Below are positions 47,924-58,416 of a DNA stretch of 64,000 bases, piece after piece. The notes under the pieces are model-generated. The model was not told the origin of the DNA. It worked only from the letters and a program-made list of their open reading frames with translations, and made no database searches. A program made the translations under genes and the position numbers. The DNA is from Candidatus Levyibacteriota bacterium (GTDB lineage Bacteria > Patescibacteriota > Microgenomatia > Levybacterales > UBA12049): positions 167,159 through 231,158 of the forward strand of contig CAWBPM010000002.1 of assembly GCA_963790825.1 (NCBI GenBank), read 5' to 3'. Position 1 is the first letter of the stretch; every line of letters starts with the position of its first letter.

Positions 47924-49891
47924 TTGTATTTGATTTTCTTCTCCATTTTATCTACACTTAAACAACATCCAGGGATGAAAAATATTTTTTTGTTTATCCT
48001 ATTTATACTTCTGGCAGGTATGATTGTCGTTATCGGTAATCAGAAAAGAAGTTTTGCCAATACGAAACCTGTTATAGCAAAAAGATTGCGAAGCATCATA
48101 GTCAGACAATTTCGTCCAGTTTGCGCTGTACATGTACCGGGAATGGCGAGGTGCCATGCGCATGTGGTAACTTTGGACAATACGGGAAATCCATTGGTAA
48201 GCAGTACTCCCATTTCTTCAAGTTACGGTCCAGCCCAATTTCACATGGCATATAATCTGCCTTGTACGCCGGGGGGTACAACACAATCTGTTTGTCCTGT
48301 TCCGGATAGTTTTGGCGGACAGACAATCGCAATCATCAGTGCCTATAATGCTCCAAATATCGAAAGTGATTTGAATACATACAGTAATTATTATGGACTT
48401 CCATCCTGTACACGAGCAAACGGTTGTTTAACAATAGTAAACGAAAACGGCGGATCCGCACTGCCGATTTTAACCAACAGCGGCTGGGCACTTGAAACAT
48501 CTCTGGACGCAGAAGTCGCTCACATGACTTGTCAAACATGTAAAATTCTTCTTGTTGAGGCAACAGCCAGTTATTATTCTGATTTAGGTACGGCAGTCAA
48601 TACCGCGTCACGGCTCGGCGCGACAGAAATTTCAAATAGTTATGGCGGCTCGGAATGGTCGGGAGAGACGTCTTACGATACGTATTATAATCATCCGGGT
48701 ATTGCCATAACGGCATCCAGCGGAGACAATGGGTATGGAGCAGAGTTCCCGGCTGCATCGGCAAATGTTGTCGCAGTCTCCGGTACGTCTCTACAACTTG
48801 CTAGCGATAATACATATGTTAGTGAAAAGGTGTGGAGCGGTACGGGAAGCGGATGCAGTGCCTATGAACCGGCAAACTCCTGGCAAAAAAATCTAAGCAA
48901 TTGGAATCAAACAGGTTGCGCTGTACACAGAGCCGTTGCCGACATATCGGCTGACGCTGATCCGAATAGCGGAGCAGCAGTGTATGATTCAACGCCGTAT
49001 AACGGAGCAAGCGGGTGGTATCAAATCGGAGGAACAAGTCTCTCCTCTCCCTTTATCGCCGGAGTATATGCGCTCGCAGGCGGAGTGCCTGCCAATACTA
49101 ACGCAAGTTCTCTTTCCTACGCAAATTTTACGAATAGTAACTCGCATGATATAACTTCAGGCAGCAACGGAGTCTGCGCTACAATTATGTGCAGCGCCCA
49201 AGCCGGTTATGACGGACCATCGGGTCTGGGAAGTCCGAATGGACTTGGCGGATTTAATAATTTGTACGATACACCAACACTTATCCCGACTCCTACAGAA
49301 ACTCCTACTCCGACCCTAACTCCGACACCAACTGCAACCCCAAGCCCGACCCCGAGCGGAACTTTGACTCTCACGCCGACTCCAACTACTCCAACATTGA
49401 CGTCTACCTTAACACCTGTACAGACATTTATATTTGGTTATACAAGTGTGGGAAATTCTACTGATATTGCCGATCAAAATCACATTGATGGATCACAATT
49501 TAAAATGGGTATTAATGGAACTCTGCAGTCTATTTCAGTTTACATAACGTCTGCAGACAGTCCTCCCCGTAATCAATATCAAGTCGCAATATACACAGAC
49601 AATAACGGAAGACCCGGAGCGCTACTGGCAAAATCCGCAAGCGGAACCATCAGCGCAAATAACTGGAATACCTTGCCTATTACGGCGTCCCTTCAAATAA
49701 ACAGCAATTATTGGCTGGTCTATAACACGAATACTACAAATAATTCATTAAACAATTTGAAATTCAGCAGCACCTCAAGTCGCATCGGAGTTCGCAGCGG
49801 TAATGTTTCGTTTGGAACGTGGTCGCAAACATTTGCTTACAGTTTAGATGGGCGCAAATACTCAATCTTCGCGACTTATACTTCCCTGTAA
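47924..49891 (+). CDS. secreted sedolisin-type (S53) serine peptidase with Pro/Thr linker and C-terminal beta-rich domain
   Basis: GQTIAIISAYNAPNIESDLNTYSNYYGLP, ITASSGDNG and GGTSLSSPFIAGVYAL (nucleophile SGTSxxxP), followed by a PTPTETPTPTLTPTPTATPSPTP linker. The true start is probably the internal MKNIFLFILF. Confidence 0.65.
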   Translation: MYLIFFSILSTLKQHPGMKNIFLFILFILLAGMIVVIGNQKRSFANTKPVIAKRLRSIIVRQFRPVCAVHVPGMARCHAHVVTLDNTGNPLVSSTPISSSYGPAQFHMAYNLPCTPGGTTQSVCPVPDSFGGQTIAIISAYNAPNIESDLNTYSNYYGLPSCTRANGCLTIVNENGGSALPILTNSGWALETSLDAEVAHMTCQTCKILLVEATASYYSDLGTAVNTASRLGATEISNSYGGSEWSGETSYDTYYNHPGIAITASSGDNGYGAEFPAASANVVAVSGTSLQLASDNTYVSEKVWSGTGSGCSAYEPANSWQKNLSNWNQTGCAVHRAVADISADADPNSGAAVYDSTPYNGASGWYQIGGTSLSSPFIAGVYALAGGVPANTNASSLSYANFTNSNSHDITSGSNGVCATIMCSAQAGYDGPSGLGSPNGLGGFNNLYDTPTLIPTPTETPTPTLTPTPTATPSPTPSGTLTLTPTPTTPTLTSTLTPVQTFIFGYTSVGNSTDIADQNHIDGSQFKMGINGTLQSISVYITSADSPPRNQYQVAIYTDNNGRPGALLAKSASGTISANNWNTLPITASLQINSNYWLVYNTNTTNNSLNNLKFSSTSSRIGVRSGNVSFGTWSQTFAYSLDGRKYSIFATYTSL

Positions 49892-50205
49892 GGTATTACT
49901 AGAAAACGAAGCCGGAGATTAATCCTACCGCGACAAAAACAAGAAAAGTAAAGATCGCCATATGTAATGCCTGGCTTTTTGCGCGTTTCGGATCGAAATG
50001 ATGCTTGTATTCATCGTAAGTAATAATAAAGGCAATAATTCCGGCAAAGGGACTAAGCGTTATGGTGGTTGCAAAAATTAGAGCCGGTACATTCATACTG
50101 TTATGATCGATTTTATTTTACATCTTCAGTATAACACGGAAATGATTTAATTAGGCTGAAAGAATTAGAAAAATTGAATATAAATATAATAGAAAATTTG
50201 CTATA

Positions 50206-51333
50206 ATGCCGTTTATTATGCACGAACTAATGAGAAGGGTACCCACAGGAGTGATAAGAAACGCAGAACGAATGGATAATCGGGAAGCATTATGCGGAAC
50301 GACGCTGATGCTGGAAAATATCTCCCGATATAAAATCCTCGCGTATGATAACCCGGCGGATAAAGAAAAAGTATTACCCTTGCAGGAGGAGCTGTTATTT
50401 CAACATTACCAAGGTGGTCATACCGTTGAAGATTTGGCAACTGACCAAAAGTTTACTTCGACTCTTAAAGGCAAGAAACTGGAATTGTTTAAAATGGCTG
50501 TGCGGGAGTTTAAACAGGAAAAAAAGCCTCTGATTAGTTTAATATCGGCAATGGAGCTCCCGCTTGTCATATCGGTTGCTAAAAAGTATTTAGGCAGCGG
50601 TATGAATATTGATGATCTTACGCAAATAGGATTTTTCGGGGTCAGAAAGGCGGTCGAAAAATATGATCCCAATAGAATAAATCCAAAAACAGGAAAAAGA
50701 TATATGTTCAGCACTTATGCTGTCTGGTGGGTGCGTCAAAGTATTCAACGTGAGATCGATAAGCATCGGGATTCTGTTCATACGCCAACACATGTTTTGG
50801 AACAAGGAGCTGCGGCAGAAAAAATATTCAGCGAAATGCGAAGTAACGGAGATGATCTCACAATAGAAGATTTTACAAAAATATTGCAGAATAGACTAAA
50901 AAATGGAACAGTGAAAAGTCGTCCGGGCAGAATAAGCATAAAAAAAGCACAAATGATTGCGTGCCAGGTTATAATAGGAGACAGCAATAATGTAGTTTAC
51001 CTGTCAGGACAGGTTAATTCCAACGGGGAAACCTGGGAAGATATCATCGAAGATAAGGAAAGTATATCGGTCGAGGAAAAAGCAATACAATTAGCAAATT
51101 CAGAAATTGTCCGGCAAGCATTAAGAGATTCTGACTTAACAGATAGAGAACGACTGGTTATTGAGCTTCATTATGGTTTAGCTGACGGTCAGGTAAGGAG
51201 GATGGAGGAAATAGTCGATGTCTTTGGTCTCAGTAGAGAAAGAATAAGGCAAATTGAAAGACGGGCACTGGGTAAGTTATTCCGGAATCAAAAAATCAGC
51301 AAACTTAAAGCAGACAATGAAATTACCGGCTAA
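50206..51333 (+). CDS. sigma-70-family RNA polymerase sigma factor (RpoD-like)
   Basis: Region 2 (YMFSTYAVWWVRQSIQREI) and region 4 (LTDRERLVIELHYGL...VFGLSRERIRQIERRALGKL). Confidence 0.8.
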   Translation: MPFIMHELMRRVPTGVIRNAERMDNREALCGTTLMLENISRYKILAYDNPADKEKVLPLQEELLFQHYQGGHTVEDLATDQKFTSTLKGKKLELFKMAVREFKQEKKPLISLISAMELPLVISVAKKYLGSGMNIDDLTQIGFFGVRKAVEKYDPNRINPKTGKRYMFSTYAVWWVRQSIQREIDKHRDSVHTPTHVLEQGAAAEKIFSEMRSNGDDLTIEDFTKILQNRLKNGTVKSRPGRISIKKAQMIACQVIIGDSNNVVYLSGQVNSNGETWEDIIEDKESISVEEKAIQLANSEIVRQALRDSDLTDRERLVIELHYGLADGQVRRMEEIVDVFGLSRERIRQIERRALGKLFRNQKISKLKADNEITG

Positions 51334-51385
51334 GTGTCGCCTATTAATCACCCTTTTTTTATACTTGGGCTAGGATTTTAAAATG

Positions 51386-51931
51386 TTAAGCTCCAGGTTT
51401 TCCTATGTCAACCGTGGAGGGGAAGATGGTAACGTTTGCGAATTCTTCCATGGGAAAAATTAATGTAGGGGGGTCCTCAAAACTGACTTTTAATGGATAC
51501 TTTCTGCGCATTGTATCCAGAATTCGATAATTTGCAGTCATTAATTTTCTTTCTTCAAGCACAGATAAGTCTTCGAACTTTTCCTCAATCACAAATCGCG
51601 GTTCACGAGGTTGATAAATAACACGATCCCCGTCCGTTGTATGACAGATCACCGGTAAAAGCGCCTGATACCCACTAAAGGAGAGAATTATACCTTTCGC
51701 CTGGAGCTTAAAATTCTTTTTTTGTTCCGAAGTTTGGTTTAATATAGGTATATATTGTCCTAATTGCTGTTCTACCTTGATATTTAAAGTATCTAAAAAA
51801 CGGGGCCAAGTCTCGGTGCCATCTATCTCGGGTGCATCCGCATACGCCTCGATCAGATCGGAATTTACTAATTTGATTCTTCCAATATTATATCTGGGTA
51901 ATTTTACAAAAGGTACCTCTGCCAGCGACAT
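51386..51931 (-). CDS. hypothetical protein
   Basis: 181-aa ORF. Confidence 0.4.
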   Translation of the reverse strand: MSLAEVPFVKLPRYNIGRIKLVNSDLIEAYADAPEIDGTETWPRFLDTLNIKVEQQLGQYIPILNQTSEQKKNFKLQAKGIILSFSGYQALLPVICHTTDGDRVIYQPREPRFVIEEKFEDLSVLEERKLMTANYRILDTMRRKYPLKVSFEDPPTLIFPMEEFANVTIFPSTVDIGKPGA

Positions 51932-52036
51932 TTGAAGATTATAGGCAACTACTCCCGATGAGTCAACTCTTTGAATTCCCTGTCTTGCAAAAATAAGTTA
52001 TAATCGGTATCATAATTTCTACTTGACGCACTGTTT

Positions 52037-53173
52037 ATGAATACGATTATTTGTCCTCATTGTAAAAAACCGGTAGAAATCTCAGAAGCATTGCGGTCGG
52101 AGTTCGAAGAGCAAAATCTTAAAAAATGGGAAGAGGAGAAAAAAGTTGAAATAGAAAAAATAAAAATGACTGCGTTTTCAGATTCGCAAAAAAAACTTCA
52201 GGAACAGTTTGATCTGCAAATGAAACAAATGCTTCTCGATGCAAAAGACAAGGAAAAGCAAAACAAAGAGCTTTATGAACGGCTGGAAAAGTTAATGGAA
52301 GAAGGAAGAGTGTTAAAACGCGAGAAAGATGAAATGGGACTTGAAATGCAAAAAAAATTGGCGGGGGAAGAAGAAAAGATTCGACTGGATGCAAAACAAA
52401 AAGCGGAAGAAGAACAACATCTGAAAATCGCCGAGAAAGATAAGCAGCTGCGGGATACCTTGAAAGAGTTGGAAGATGCACGACGGAAATTAACCCAGGG
52501 TTCCCAGCAAGCGCAGGGTGAAACGTTTGAAGTGGAGTTAGAGAAGCAACTTAAAAGATATTGGCCTCAGGATAGTATTGAACCTATTGCTAAAGGAATC
52601 TCAGGTGCAGACATTAAACAAACTGTAAAAACTACCTTAGGAACGAATTGTGGGGTTATACTTTGGGAATTAAAACGAACTAAATCATGGAGTAATGATT
52701 GGGTTCCAAAATTGAAGAAGGATGTATTAAATGAAAAAGCAAACGCAGCTGTAATTGTCAGTACGCAACTCCCAGAAGAGGCAAAAAATGGTTTTGGACA
52801 AATCAACGGTGTTTACATTTGCTCACCAGATCTGTTTATCCCAATTTCAGGAATAGTACGGAAAAACTTAATTGATGTTGCTCGTCAAATAAATATGGCT
52901 GATAAACGAGGCGATAAAGCTAGTGAGTTATATAACTATGTGACCAGTCACGAATTTCCATTACAAGTAGAAAATATCATAGAAGCATATCGTGAGATTT
53001 CGCTGCAAATTGATAAAGAACGTACAGCAATGGAAAGAATTTGGAAAGTACGGGAAGCACAAGCACAACGTATTATTATCAGCACTGCCAATATTGTAGG
53101 TAGTATTCAGGGTAAAGTAGGGTCATCTATGCCACAAATTAAGGGGCTCGATCTACTGGAAGACGGGAAGTAA
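52037..53173 (+). CDS. DUF2130-family protein (N-terminal zinc-ribbon-like ICPHC, long coiled coil, conserved C-terminal domain)
   Basis: MNTIICPHCKKPVEISEAL... followed by a Lys/Glu-rich coiled coil, as in DUF2130 proteins. Confidence 0.5.
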   Translation: MNTIICPHCKKPVEISEALRSEFEEQNLKKWEEEKKVEIEKIKMTAFSDSQKKLQEQFDLQMKQMLLDAKDKEKQNKELYERLEKLMEEGRVLKREKDEMGLEMQKKLAGEEEKIRLDAKQKAEEEQHLKIAEKDKQLRDTLKELEDARRKLTQGSQQAQGETFEVELEKQLKRYWPQDSIEPIAKGISGADIKQTVKTTLGTNCGVILWELKRTKSWSNDWVPKLKKDVLNEKANAAVIVSTQLPEEAKNGFGQINGVYICSPDLFIPISGIVRKNLIDVARQINMADKRGDKASELYNYVTSHEFPLQVENIIEAYREISLQIDKERTAMERIWKVREAQAQRIIISTANIVGSIQGKVGSSMPQIKGLDLLEDGK

Positions 53174-53553
53174 TTAATGATGTATCATCATCCAAGTGTC
53201 TATATATTCATATATCCAGGAAATGGCTATAATCCAAAACCCTAAGAGAGCAAGTTTTTTAAAAGATAGACGTATTTTTCTTATTAAAATATAAATTGGA
53301 ATAACAGAAACTATAAAAACCGGAATAAATATTTCTAAAACTAGAAAAAACCCACGTAAATCAAGAGCTGGTCCGGAACTTGGGGGTAATGGTTTAAACA
53401 CAAAGAAACCAATGATTGCTATAATAACCATAGTGACAGGGATTGTGATGATAAAGCAGACAATAGCTTCAACTATTGTATATAAAAGGGGTCGTTTATT
53501 ATTTTTCACTAGAGCAAGTTTATTATGCTACGCTGAGCAATAAATTGTCAATT

Positions 53554-54168
53554 ATGAAAATTCCGCTGCCGACATTTGAATTTGAAAATAAATTTTGGCT
53601 TCAAGGTAAACAATATATTGCCGGAGTGGATGAGGTGGGAAGGGGATGTTTCGCCGGACCGGTGGTCGCAGCCGCGGTTATATTGCCTAAAACTTTTGCA
53701 GTCAAAGAAGTAAATGACTCTAAACTTTTGACTCCCAAGAAGCGGGAAGAATTGGCAGGCGTTATTAAAGAGCTTGCTCTGTCTTTCGCAATTGCGGAGA
53801 TTAATGTCGAAGTAATTAATCAACTAGGTATCGGAAAAGCGACGCAAATTGCATTCAAAAAAGCAATTGAGGATCTAGACATTCAGCCCGATCACATTTT
53901 AATTGACGCTTACTTTATAGACAGAATAGAAAGAGATCGGCAAACAGCGATTATTAAAGGCGACCAAAAGTCTATCTCGATTGCAGCTGCATCAATCATC
54001 GCGAAAGTCTACCGGGACAAATTGATGGTGAAACTGAACACGGACTATCTTCCCTACGATTTCTCATCGAATAAAGGATACGGCACGAAAAAACACCGTG
54101 AAGCGATAAAAAAATACGGTCTTTGCAATCTCCACAGAACCTCGTTTCATCTTAACAAGTTTCTCTAG
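53554..54168 (+). CDS. rnhB: ribonuclease HII
   Basis: IAGVDEVGRGCFAGPVVAAAVIL... with DSK in RNase HII order. The ATG at 53554 is preferred over the longer track ORF. Confidence 0.85.
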   Translation: MKIPLPTFEFENKFWLQGKQYIAGVDEVGRGCFAGPVVAAAVILPKTFAVKEVNDSKLLTPKKREELAGVIKELALSFAIAEINVEVINQLGIGKATQIAFKKAIEDLDIQPDHILIDAYFIDRIERDRQTAIIKGDQKSISIAAASIIAKVYRDKLMVKLNTDYLPYDFSSNKGYGTKKHREAIKKYGLCNLHRTSFHLNKFL

Positions 54169-54236
54169 TAATTTTTTCTAGATTAGTAAAACTCAGCTGT
54201 ATTGTATTTATTTATAAGGTAATTTATAATTACTAT

Positions 54237-55847
54237 GTGGATCGCTACTGCAATTTTTTGAAGAAAATTACATCTGTACATGACATATTTATTTTGCTTT
54301 GCACTGCCACGATAATTGCTTCTTTTACTACCGCCATTTTGAGTGTTCCAACCCAGATTGCATTTTATTATGATCAGGCCCGAGACGGATACCAAGCATA
54401 CTCCATCTGGCACAATCATCATCTAAAAATTTTGGGTCCCCCTACAGATGTACCGGGAGTTTTTCATGGCGTCCTGTGGTATTACTTTTTAGCTCCGGGA
54501 TATTGGCTGGCAAACGGTAATCCGGTCGTTGTCGTCTATATCTTTACGCTTTTAATGTATCTTACAGTACCGTTTTGCGGATATATCGCCTACACTATGA
54601 CAAAAAATAAAAAGGTTGCATTTCTGTCAGCGGCATTATACGCTTGCGCTCCTTTATTTATTAATTACAGTCATTGGTTATCCAATCCTGTTTTGACTGT
54701 GCTTATTACGCCTTTCCTCATGTACAGCCTGTTTAAATATATTATAAAAGCGAATGCTTTTTTTGCCGCAATTACGGGTTTATTATTCGGACTTATAATT
54801 CAATCAGACCTCGCGTTTTTACCCCTTTTAGTATTGATACCGGTATATATCTACGTTTTTCGCTTAAAAGTAAAAAAATCACATATAAGCTGGTTTTTCG
54901 CAGCGCTACTGCTCGCCTTATCAACTATTATTATTGCCGCGATAAAGTTTCATTCGAATGAATTAGTGCTTATTTTTCAAAGTTTTTTTGCCGCAACTAA
55001 TATACAATCCTCTCTCACATCTACAATATTTTCATTCATTGATACATTTGTCTCAATCCTGTCGATTACCTATATTTGTCTGCCTACTCTTATTACCGGC
55101 GCATTGATTTTATATTTTGCCTACAAATTACGAAAAAAATATATAAGAGAAAGAAGCATAGATACTATTTTTCTGGAAATCTGGACCGGCAGTATGCTCG
55201 TGTTATTTCTTATTAATCAGGGAAACGGCAGCACAATTTTTTTCTTCGCGCCGGTACTTTTTTCAATGGCAATTTTAGTGGCAAAAATAATTTACATTGC
55301 GTTCCCCAGAAAAGCAGTATTAGTATACGTCGTTCTGATACTATTCTTTCTGCAGATTTTAAGAAATCTAATTGCTGTATCTTCACAAACATCATATCTA
55401 GTTATTCAGCCGGGAATGATTTACAGCATAGAAACACAAGTAGTTGATTACACGTATCGTGAAGCGCATGGACAGCCATTTGTAATCAGTGCCATTACGA
55501 ACCCACTCTATATTGCGACAACCTGGTCATACATCTTCGAATTTTACGGCGAGCCACGCTACGGTTATATGCCTTATTGGGGAGGGAAAAGCCAGGTAGG
55601 TCAGTTAAACAGTTTTCCCGAAAATCCTAAGAATATCCGGCTACGATTTTTTATTATAGATCCTACAGCTATTATTCCGGCGATTTGGGTAAGCAAACTA
55701 ACCTACGAAGAAGATAAGCTGTCCGATATCCAAAGCGAGAAACAAATAGGTAAGTTTATGGTACAAACAAGACTTTTTCATCCGAACAAACCCGCACCGA
55801 CAATTCCAGAAGAGCTTATAAAAGACAAAGATGTACTGGATTTTTAA
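54237..55847 (+). CDS. polytopic membrane protein, possible GT-C-fold glycosyltransferase (PMT/ArnT-like)
   Basis: 536 aa with eleven or more TM helices and an early DQARDGYQ loop motif. Confidence 0.45.
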   Translation: MDRYCNFLKKITSVHDIFILLCTATIIASFTTAILSVPTQIAFYYDQARDGYQAYSIWHNHHLKILGPPTDVPGVFHGVLWYYFLAPGYWLANGNPVVVVYIFTLLMYLTVPFCGYIAYTMTKNKKVAFLSAALYACAPLFINYSHWLSNPVLTVLITPFLMYSLFKYIIKANAFFAAITGLLFGLIIQSDLAFLPLLVLIPVYIYVFRLKVKKSHISWFFAALLLALSTIIIAAIKFHSNELVLIFQSFFAATNIQSSLTSTIFSFIDTFVSILSITYICLPTLITGALILYFAYKLRKKYIRERSIDTIFLEIWTGSMLVLFLINQGNGSTIFFFAPVLFSMAILVAKIIYIAFPRKAVLVYVVLILFFLQILRNLIAVSSQTSYLVIQPGMIYSIETQVVDYTYREAHGQPFVISAITNPLYIATTWSYIFEFYGEPRYGYMPYWGGKSQVGQLNSFPENPKNIRLRFFIIDPTAIIPAIWVSKLTYEEDKLSDIQSEKQIGKFMVQTRLFHPNKPAPTIPEELIKDKDVLDF

Positions 55848-55904
55848 TATATCTATATTGTTTAGCTTGAATTTAGAGTCCGGGAGTGGTATTATTCAGC
55901 TGTT

Positions 55905-56723
55905 ATGGGAAGCGTAGAGGGAAGAGCCGGAGGACCAAGTCCGGAAGTACTAGAACTGCAAACTACAAGTGCCAGATTGAATTTGGTTAACTCCCATTTG
56001 CCTTTTCCTAATCTCCCCGGACTTTCGGAAATTGCCAAACAAGCTGATCCGGCATTGACCGATACCGCCAGGCATGAGCTGGGACATGCGGTAGTTGCCA
56101 GAAGTCTGGGCGAAACCCCCGAAGGGGTTTCAATCGTTCCAAACTACAGCGAGGGATATTTGGGAATCACCACATTTTCCTACGCGCCCGCTCCATCACA
56201 TTTTATTCTTATCGCTGCAGGAGGCGGAAATCATGGAGATGGATCTGATAATGGGAAAATTGAAATGCTGGGCGGATCGGTTAGCGGCGCCAAGAAAAAA
56301 GCGGAAGAGATAAAAAATAGTTTCGCAAGTCCTGAAACGCATACCATAGCCGCACAAATTCTGGCAAATCCAAAATTTCAGGATATTCCGGGAAGTTATG
56401 TCGACCCGATTTACAAACAGGCGGAGTTATACGCTAAAAATCCGGATGCGGGAAAACAAATTAAAATAACTTTTAAAGGGAATGACAAGTACGAAGTAAC
56501 AAAATATCAGGCTGACGGAAAAATGGAAGAATTCTATACGCGGTTTGACTGCTGCGGGGGGAGAAATATGCATACTCCAAATTGCGAAGCAAGACGCTTG
56601 CCGAAGCCGGAAGAAGCAGAGAAGAAAGAAAATAAAACAGAACAGGAATCGAGAGTCAGAGAATTTCCGATTTTCGTCGCTCCGGAGTTGACTGAAAAAT
56701 CTACATTATCTCTCGCCGCATAA
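55905..56723 (+). CDS. stand-alone FtsH-like (M41) zinc-metallopeptidase-domain protein
   Basis: TARHELGHAVVARSLGETPEGVSIVPNYSEGYLGITTFS parallels the FtsH peptidase-domain start AYHEAGHAL...VTIIPRG.ALG. The HExxH motif is present, and there is no AAA ATPase part. Confidence 0.45.
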   Translation: MGSVEGRAGGPSPEVLELQTTSARLNLVNSHLPFPNLPGLSEIAKQADPALTDTARHELGHAVVARSLGETPEGVSIVPNYSEGYLGITTFSYAPAPSHFILIAAGGGNHGDGSDNGKIEMLGGSVSGAKKKAEEIKNSFASPETHTIAAQILANPKFQDIPGSYVDPIYKQAELYAKNPDAGKQIKITFKGNDKYEVTKYQADGKMEEFYTRFDCCGGRNMHTPNCEARRLPKPEEAEKKENKTEQESRVREFPIFVAPELTEKSTLSLAA

Positions 56724-56771
56724 GTACTCCGGGTGAATAACTAAGAAAAGACAAAACCGGTCACTATTAAA

Positions 56772-58331
56772 TTACCCTCCGCTCTGTACAGACAGTTCTC
56801 TCAGGAAGAGGTTGTAGTCACCGGCATTGACTGATCCGTCATCGTTAAGGTCACTCTCTTTTCCGTTAGTTCCGGGACAGTTGGTGGGAGGAGTAAAGTC
56901 TGAGTAGCAACCAAGGAGTATATTGTAGTCCAGGATATTAAGGCTATTATCTCCGTTAATATCACCGACAATAAGAGAAACAGTAGGCGCTGTAGTAGAT
57001 TGTCCTTGGGAAAGAGAGATAATCCCGGGGAGTTGTCTCACTAGATATTTATCTGTTTTTACCTTTACTAAGTAGGAGCCGGTTGGAACAGTACTTCCCA
57101 GACTTACATTTCCCGAGAATGCTCCGGTATTTGTAGAATAGGTAATTGTTCCGGTCTGCGTAGTTACCAGTACATTACTAGCGTTATAGACTTGAACTGT
57201 TAGGCTTCTACTAGGGGTTAAAGGATTAGTATTACCACCACTATTAGGGTTAACCGAGTCTCCGGCTGAGCCTATTCCGTGCAGAAGGATAGTAGGAAAG
57301 GAGAGAGTGGTACTCCCCGGAACGGGTGTAGAAGTTAAAGAGGGTACAGGCGTCGTAGTAGGCTTTGTGGTAGGAGTGAGTGTAGGGGTGGGCGTACTAC
57401 TTGGACGGGGAGTAGGAGTTATAGTAGGATTAGAGGTTGGAGCCGAGGTTGACGTAGGATTTGGTGTACCTGAAAGAGGACTTAATGGACAGGCTTCACG
57501 ATAGGCTGTCAAATCGAGATCTTTTTTCATTGCAGTAAAATGCATAGCAACTGCCTGAGGACAAAATTGCGAGGTGTTAAGATTATATTCTACTTCAAAA
57601 ACCGCCTTATTATCATTAATAAATTTGGAGTATCCGCTACATTCACTATATTCAAAGCATTGTTCATTTAAGGCAAAATCAAAAAAAGGCTCAAGCGTAC
57701 TAATTTGATCAACATCGTTTTTCAAAGCTATTGATAAACCCAAGCTGTGAGCTAAACTCGCAATATATTCGTTATAGGTTATTTGATTTTGGGCAGTGAG
57801 GGGAAATCCTGTCGAATTAGAGTACCCATCAATATTATCCGGTTCTATTGCATCAAATCCTTTGTCTTTGCACATTTGAAAACGAGACTGCATAATTGGC
57901 CCTAAGATACTTATCTGGCGGATATCCAGCCATTGTTCTCCGGGCCAACCATCTACGGAACTTCCCTTGACTGATGAAGGAAAACTGGCTTGATCCGACC
58001 TCCAGTTCTCATATGTACCCACATCGATGTAACAAACAACTTTAACTCCTTTGGCATGCAGACTGGAAACTACGCTTGCGTCGTTGTCAAATCCGTCAAC
58101 ATCGTAAATTTCTGCGTCGACGGTTTGATCCACGGGGGTTGATAACTGCCACTGAAATGAAGTGCCAATAGCCGGCTGCCAAAGACCGGATGCAGCATGC
58201 TGTTCTATTGTTTGGGAATGCTTAATAATATTCATTAGCAAAAAAAGTCCCAGCATTAGAATTATGAGAATAAAAAAATAGTAATATCTTTTCTTCCGAT
58301 GAGAATTTTGTGATCTAGTTAATTTTTTCAT
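56772..58331 (-). CDS. secreted glycoside hydrolase family 114 (endo-alpha-1,4-polygalactosaminidase-like) protein with Ig-like domain and C-terminal dockerin
   Basis: GH114-like core (VKVVCYIDVGTYENWR...GEQWLDIR...KGFDAIEPDNIDGY), a Pro/Thr linker, and the dockerin calcium-loop repeats DINGDNSLNILD and DLNDDGSVNAGD. Confidence 0.65.
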   Translation of the reverse strand: MKKLTRSQNSHRKKRYYYFFILIILMLGLFLLMNIIKHSQTIEQHAASGLWQPAIGTSFQWQLSTPVDQTVDAEIYDVDGFDNDASVVSSLHAKGVKVVCYIDVGTYENWRSDQASFPSSVKGSSVDGWPGEQWLDIRQISILGPIMQSRFQMCKDKGFDAIEPDNIDGYSNSTGFPLTAQNQITYNEYIASLAHSLGLSIALKNDVDQISTLEPFFDFALNEQCFEYSECSGYSKFINDNKAVFEVEYNLNTSQFCPQAVAMHFTAMKKDLDLTAYREACPLSPLSGTPNPTSTSAPTSNPTITPTPRPSSTPTPTLTPTTKPTTTPVPSLTSTPVPGSTTLSFPTILLHGIGSAGDSVNPNSGGNTNPLTPSRSLTVQVYNASNVLVTTQTGTITYSTNTGAFSGNVSLGSTVPTGSYLVKVKTDKYLVRQLPGIISLSQGQSTTAPTVSLIVGDINGDNSLNILDYNILLGCYSDFTPPTNCPGTNGKESDLNDDGSVNAGDYNLFLRELSVQSGG

Positions 58332-58416
58332 GATTACTCATTTAGAATATTTGATTATTACTAAGTTGTCAAGAAAACAGATTAATAAATTTTTGAGTAG
58401 TGTAGCGTATTGACCA

